Below are positions 63,834 to 64,000 of a stretch of 64,000 bases of DNA, piece after piece. The stretch is from Pirellulales bacterium. Its GTDB lineage: Bacteria > Planctomycetota > Planctomycetia > Pirellulales > PALSA-1355. Made by a program: the position numbers and the translations under genes. The DNA is taken from contig CAVTBU010000005.1 in the NCBI GenBank assembly GCA_963733035.1, positions 480,001 to 544,000 of the forward strand. The letters are read 5' to 3'. Every line of letters begins with the position of its first letter. Position 1 is the stretch's first letter. Under the pieces are notes generated by a model, which had not been told where the DNA came from, did not search any database, and saw only the letters and a list, made by a program, of their open reading frames with translations.

Positions 63834-64000
63834 TGCCCAGCCTCCTCAGATTGGCGGCGCGATGGGATCCGAGCCTTGGCCCGGCTGCAAGATGGGAACG
63901 AGGCTTTTACTCCATCCGCCGGTTTGGGCACAAGGCGGCTTTGCGTCGAAAAACACCCCGGGCTGGACGCTGGGGGCTGCAACCGACCACAATCTCCACA

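Overview
GC-rich bacterial chromosome segment. Gene content points to a planctomycete, probably Pirellulales-like: a PVC-type heme protein, PEP-CTERM proteins, planctomycete-style SecG, RpoZ and Flp pilin, and split coaC/coaB. 1-21 kb is accessory: secreted peptidases, a double cyclase plus MFS transporter, a four-gene periplasmic copper/heme operon built around a PHM-like copper monooxygenase, and an RND efflux system, ending at tRNA-Ser(TGA). 22-49 kb is housekeeping: clpB-dnaK behind a sigma54-type promoter, pheA-aroF-tpiA-secG-yicC-gmk-rpoZ-coaC-coaB, a PfkB kinase, an unannotated Flp pilin, cimA-valS behind an unannotated Ile/Val leader-peptide attenuator, and hom-apgM-lysC. 49-64 kb holds envelope and secreted proteins. 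At least 13 genes or gene segments, including essential valS, are frameshifted, and every frameshift I could place sits at a GCGC tetramer. This reads as systematic sequencing error at a probably methylated motif, not pseudogenisation. No CRISPR array, rRNA, integrase or transposase was seen. All family assignments are from motif recognition by eye; no searches were run.
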